Source: Dehalococcoidia bacterium (GTDB lineage: Bacteria > Chloroflexota > Dehalococcoidia > Bin125). Taken from it: 64,000 bases of DNA. The position numbers and the translations under genes are program-made. The stretch is taken from positions 160,001 to 224,000 of the forward strand of contig OY820591.1 in assembly GCA_963555985.3 (NCBI GenBank), written 5' to 3'. Numbering within the stretch: the first letter of the stretch is position 1; each line of letters begins with the position of its first letter. Positions 60,138 through 64,000 of this stretch are shown piece after piece. The notes beneath the pieces are model-generated. The model was not told where the DNA came from and did no database searches. It was given only the letters and a program-made list of their open reading frames with translations.

Positions 60138-61115
60138 ATGACCGCCATCCTCGTCTTCGGCGAAACCGACCCCGCCGGACTCACCGCCCCCACCCGCGAA
60201 CTCCTCGGCGCAGCCGCGCAACTCGCGCCCCAACTCGGTGGCGGCGTTGCCCTCGCCCTGCTCGGCGAGAACCTCAACGACGCCGCAGCCGACGCCGGTC
60301 CCGCCGGCGCAGACACTGTCTACACCGCCGCCGCCCCCTCCCTCGCCCAATACCAGACCGACAGCTACCTGCCCGTCGCCCAGGCCATCGTCGAGACCGA
60401 CAGCCCCGCCGTCGTCCTCCTCGCCCAGTCCAGTATGGGCCGCGACCTCGCCCCCCGACTCGCCACCCGCCTCAACACCGCCGCCGCCATGGACGCCCTC
60501 GCCCTCGAAGTCGACGGCGATCGCGTCAAGGCGACCCGCAGCTGCTACGGCGGCAACGCCCGACAGGTCGTCACCGTCCAGACCAACCCCCAGATCATCA
60601 CCGTCCGCCCCAAATCCCAGGAAGCCCTCGAACCCGACCAAGCCCGCAGCGCCAACGTCCAAGCCGTCGCCGTGGACGGCGCCGACGTCCGCGCCCGCGT
60701 CACCGGCAAAGAACAAGCCGAGTCCGAGGGCGTCCGCCTCGAAGACGCCGAAATCGTCGTCTCCGGCGGACGCGGCCTCGGCGGCCCCGAAGCCTTCAGC
60801 GACCTCGAACGACTCGCCGGCGTCCTCCACGCCGCCGTCGGCTCCTCACGCGCCGCCTGCGACCTCGGCTGGTACCCGCCCTCACAACAAGTCGGCCTCA
60901 CCGGTACCGTCGTCTCCCCCACCCTCTACCTCGCCGTCGCCATCTCCGGTGCCTCCCAACACATGGCCGGCTGCGGCGGCTCCAAGAACATCGTCGCCAT
61001 CAACAAAGACCCCGACGCCGCCATCTTCGCCTTCTCCCGCTTCGGCATCGTCGACGACTACAAAAAAGTCCTCCCAGCCATCGAAGCCGCCTTCACCATC
61101 GCCATGTCCGACTAG
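60138..61115 (+). CDS. etfA: electron transfer flavoprotein alpha subunit
   Basis: [28 protein letters not shown]. Confidence 0.95.
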   Translation: MTAILVFGETDPAGLTAPTRELLGAAAQLAPQLGGGVALALLGENLNDAAADAGPAGADTVYTAAAPSLAQYQTDSYLPVAQAIVETDSPAVVLLAQSSMGRDLAPRLATRLNTAAAMDALALEVDGDRVKATRSCYGGNARQVVTVQTNPQIITVRPKSQEALEPDQARSANVQAVAVDGADVRARVTGKEQAESEGVRLEDAEIVVSGGRGLGGPEAFSDLERLAGVLHAAVGSSRAACDLGWYPPSQQVGLTGTVVSPTLYLAVAISGASQHMAGCGGSKNIVAINKDPDAAIFAFSRFGIVDDYKKVLPAIEAAFTIAMSD

Positions 61116-61144
61116 CGCCGTTCACATTGGCGCTTGCCAGGCCA

Positions 61145-61369
61145 CCGTCATACCCGCGCTCGCCGCGGGTATCTCGCCGCGTTCTGCACCGTCGTCCGTA
61201 AACCGAGATTGCCGCGGCAGTCAATATGAACAAGCCCTAGCGCAAACCCTCTCCCCCCGCACCACGGGTGGGAGTTGCCGCAAAAGGACAATCTCCTCTC
61301 CCCCCGCACTGCGGGGGGAGATGTCACGTAGAGCCTGCCCCCGCGCAGGCGGGGGACAGAGGGGGGTCC
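61145..61369. repeat. REP family B dimer followed by tandem REP family A with nested unit
   Basis: ccgtcatacccgcgctcgccgcgggtatctcg; ctccccccgcactgcggggggagatgtcacgtagagcctgcccccgcgcaggcgggggacagagggggg. Confidence 0.85.
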
Positions 61370-61424
61370 GGTCACCCGACCCGATCACTACCCACAGACC
61401 TCAGAAAGAAAATTGAAACCCCGC

Positions 61425-61916
61425 CTACCCCACCCGAGTCTTCCGCCACGTCCGAATCTGAGCCGCGTGCTCCAGATCATGATCCACCAACGCATCAATC
61501 AAAGCGTTCACCGAAAGCTCATGCTCGCCGATCTGCATACACGGACGCTCACGCTCCCCATCCGTCAGACGCCCCGCCCGCGACGCCAACTCGTCCCGTG
61601 TCTCCGCCAACCGCCCCAGCAACTCCTCCATCGGACGATTCACCCAATCCCCCGGCGCCGCCTCATTGATCTCCCGCTCCGTCGGCAGCGGCCCCAGCGG
61701 CAGCCCCGCCGCGTAGCGATCAAACGCATTCAGCACCCACGCATCCCAGCCCACCAGATGCGCCAGACAGTCCCGCACGCTCCAGTTGCCGACCACATTG
61801 GGAAGATCAAACTCCGCCGCTGTCAGCCCCTCCACCGCCTCCAACAGACAACTGCGCCCATCCGTGCAATCCGTCGTGTCGCTCTTGACCTCGGACATCA
61901 TCGAGTCGGATACCAT
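61425..61916 (-). CDS. DinB/maleylpyruvate isomerase family protein
   Basis: WSVRDCLAHL, HDLEHAAQI. Confidence 0.85.
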   Translation of the reverse strand: MVSDSMMSEVKSDTTDCTDGRSCLLEAVEGLTAAEFDLPNVVGNWSVRDCLAHLVGWDAWVLNAFDRYAAGLPLGPLPTEREINEAAPGDWVNRPMEELLGRLAETRDELASRAGRLTDGERERPCMQIGEHELSVNALIDALVDHDLEHAAQIRTWRKTRVG

Positions 61917-62294
61917 GGCCCGCTCCTCAGAGGCGCGTTCGGCGCAGAAACAGCGATCACACCGCCTACGCGGCAGTCCGCCGCGCGCAGCCCGATTCGC
62001 AACGCAATTGCAATCAGGCTAACAATCCCTCTCGCCCCTTCGTCCCCGTTGCGTTGTCTGGGCAACATTGCGCCCGCTCGAATCCCGCTCAATCCGCCCA
62101 GACAGCCCCATCCCGCCAACCCGCGCGACCGCCTGCTTGACCACCATCAAGCGCGCGCATAGCCTGCCACACAGCGCCGTCTATGCCGCCTGCTCATCGC
62201 GGTCGCAGCGGCGGACAAGAGACGCGCTCGCCATCTACGGCCAGCCAAACTCACCGACAGAACACACGCCTGGGATGCGGGGCAGCTGACAACG

Positions 62295-62891
62295 ATGCGC
62301 TCGATCGGACTCACCGGCGGCATCGCCTCCGGCAAATCAACAGTGGTTGCGCAACTGCGCGAACTCGGCGCCGCCACCATCGACGCCGACCTCCTCGGCC
62401 ACCAGACCTACGAACCCGGCACCGACACCTTCCATCAGGTCGTCGCCGCCTTCGGCGACGACCTCGTCGCTCCCGACGGCACAATCGACCGCTCCAAACT
62501 CGGCCCCAAGGTCTTCGGCCACCCCGACGGCATGAAGCGCCTCACCGATATCGTCTGGCCCGGCATCCGCGCCCTCGCCGAAGCCGAACTCGCGCGCCTC
62601 GAGGCCGACGGAACCGCAGTCGCCGTGCTCGAAGCCGCCGTCCTGATCGAAGCCGAATGGCAAGATCTCGTCGATGAAGTCTGGGTCATCGCCGTCAGCC
62701 GCGACACCGCCCGCGAGCGCCTCATGGCTCGCAACAACTTCTCCGCCGAAGAAGCCGACAAGCGGATCGACTCCCAAATCACCAACGACGAACGCCTCAA
62801 GCACGCCGACGTGCTGATCAGCAACGACTGCGACATGGAACAGGCCGCCGCCCGCGTCGCGCGCGCCTGGGCCGGCTTGCAGGCATCCTGA
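62295..62891 (+). CDS. coaE: dephospho-CoA kinase
   Basis: [28 protein letters not shown]. Confidence 0.95.
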   Translation: MRSIGLTGGIASGKSTVVAQLRELGAATIDADLLGHQTYEPGTDTFHQVVAAFGDDLVAPDGTIDRSKLGPKVFGHPDGMKRLTDIVWPGIRALAEAELARLEADGTAVAVLEAAVLIEAEWQDLVDEVWVIAVSRDTARERLMARNNFSAEEADKRIDSQITNDERLKHADVLISNDCDMEQAAARVARAWAGLQAS

Positions 62892-62947
62892 ATGCCCAAC
62901 CGACGCCAACGCACGGGACCAACCCGTGCAAAGCGGGAGAACGCCTG

Positions 62948-63844
62948 ATGACCACCGAAACCGCGCCCCTGACCGAGTACCGCTCCTGGGCGGTTGAAGA
63001 ATTCCGCGCCGAAGAAGAGCCCTACTACGTGCCCGTCAAGGATGAGGTGGAAGTCTTCGAAGCTGCTTGGCGCAGCAAGATTCCCGTACTCCTCAAGGGC
63101 CCGACCGGCTGCGGCAAGACTCGCTTCATCGAGTACATGGCCTATCGCCTCAACCGTCCGCTCGCTGTCGTCCGCGACGGCGAGACCGAGATCGAGCAGG
63201 AATCCAACCTCCCGCTCGTCACCGTCGCCTGCCACGAAGACCTCACCGCCTCCGACCTCGTCGGCCGTTACCTGCTCGAAGGCAACGAGACCGTCTGGAT
63301 CGACGGCCCCCTCACCCGCGCCGTCAAGGCCGGTGCCATCTGCTACCTCGACGAGGTAGTTGAGGCCCGCAAGGACACCACCGTCCTCATCCACCCCCTC
63401 ACCGACCACCGCCGCATCCTCCCCGTCGAAAAGAAGTCGCAGCTGCTCCAGGCCCGCGACGGCTTCCTCCTCGTGATCTCCTTCAACCCGGGCTACCAGT
63501 CCGCGCTCAAAGACCTCAAGCAGTCCACCCGCCAGCGCTTCGTCGCCGTTGAGTTCGACTACCCGCCCCGCGAGACCGAGGCCGAGATCGTCCAGCACGA
63601 GGCCGGCTGTTCATACGATGTCGCCCTCAACCTGGCCAAGATGGCCGAGAAGATCCGCAACCTGCGCGAGCACGGCTTGGCCGAAGGTGCCTCAACCCGG
63701 CTCCTGATCTACGCCGGCCGCATGATCGCCCAGGGCGTCTCCCCCCTCCGAGCCTGTCAGGTCGCCATCGTCTGGCCCCTCACCGACGACGGCGAAATCC
63801 AGCGCAGCATCGAAGAAGTCGTCTCCTCGATCTTCGAGGAGTAG
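62948..63844 (+). CDS. CbbQ/NirQ/NorQ family AAA+ ATPase
   Basis: [40 protein letters not shown]. Confidence 0.92.
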   Translation: MTTETAPLTEYRSWAVEEFRAEEEPYYVPVKDEVEVFEAAWRSKIPVLLKGPTGCGKTRFIEYMAYRLNRPLAVVRDGETEIEQESNLPLVTVACHEDLTASDLVGRYLLEGNETVWIDGPLTRAVKAGAICYLDEVVEARKDTTVLIHPLTDHRRILPVEKKSQLLQARDGFLLVISFNPGYQSALKDLKQSTRQRFVAVEFDYPPRETEAEIVQHEAGCSYDVALNLAKMAEKIRNLREHGLAEGASTRLLIYAGRMIAQGVSPLRACQVAIVWPLTDDGEIQRSIEEVVSSIFEE

Positions 63845-63858
63845 CGACCGGAGAACTT

Positions 63859-63953
63859 CGTCATACCCGCGCCCCGCCGCGGGTATCTCGATGCGCGGGC
63901 GACGGCGGTGCTGTGAACGGCGTCATACCCGCGACGGAGCGCGGATCTGACGG
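63859..63953. repeat. two REP family B units
   Basis: cgtcatacccgcgccccgccgcgggtatctcg; cgtcatacccgcgacggagcgcggatctgacgg. Confidence 0.8.
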
Positions 63954-64000
63954 GGCTGGAATAGACGAGGGCAAGACTCAGTGCGGATCGGCATCGTCTC

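Overview
GC-rich bacterial chromosomal window with no rRNA, tRNA or CRISPR array visible. The gene mix (luciferase-like monooxygenase, thyX, AddAB, several Uma2/PIN/PaREP1 genes) suggests Chloroflexota (Dehalococcoidia/SAR202-like); that assignment is inference only. The backbone is housekeeping and metabolic: ferredoxin nitrite/sulfite reductase, addAB, dnaN, a siroheme/tetrapyrrole cluster (sirC-like, hemC, cobA-hemD, hemB), lepB-pyrE, udg, lexA, thyX, CoA-transferase, ATP-grasp/alpha-E/Anbu, crotonases plus acyl-CoA ligase, Fe-S oxidoreductase-etfBA, coaE and a CbbQ/NorQ ATPase. Small accessory cassettes interrupt it: four TA pairs, a DUF5678-like/aspartyl protease pair, C5-MTase plus Vsr, three Uma2 genes, PaREP1, DUF3800, and a lidless Hsp70 with a membrane J-protein. 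The main unexplained signals are: (1) a DUF3800 RNase H-fold gene facing a promoter-bearing, strand-specific structured ~125-nt candidate RNA; (2) two copies of a ~140-bp MITE inserted exactly in the GAAA loop of a REP palindrome and carrying two more such REPs; (3) a REP family always co-oriented with transcription and translated in-frame inside AddA, AddB and other proteins; (4) arrays of 10-bp phased repeats, one inside an HTH gene; (5) TA and Uma2 cassettes bracketed by duplicated ends of the neighbouring host gene. All annotations come from motif recognition by eye, and identity counts are hand counts.
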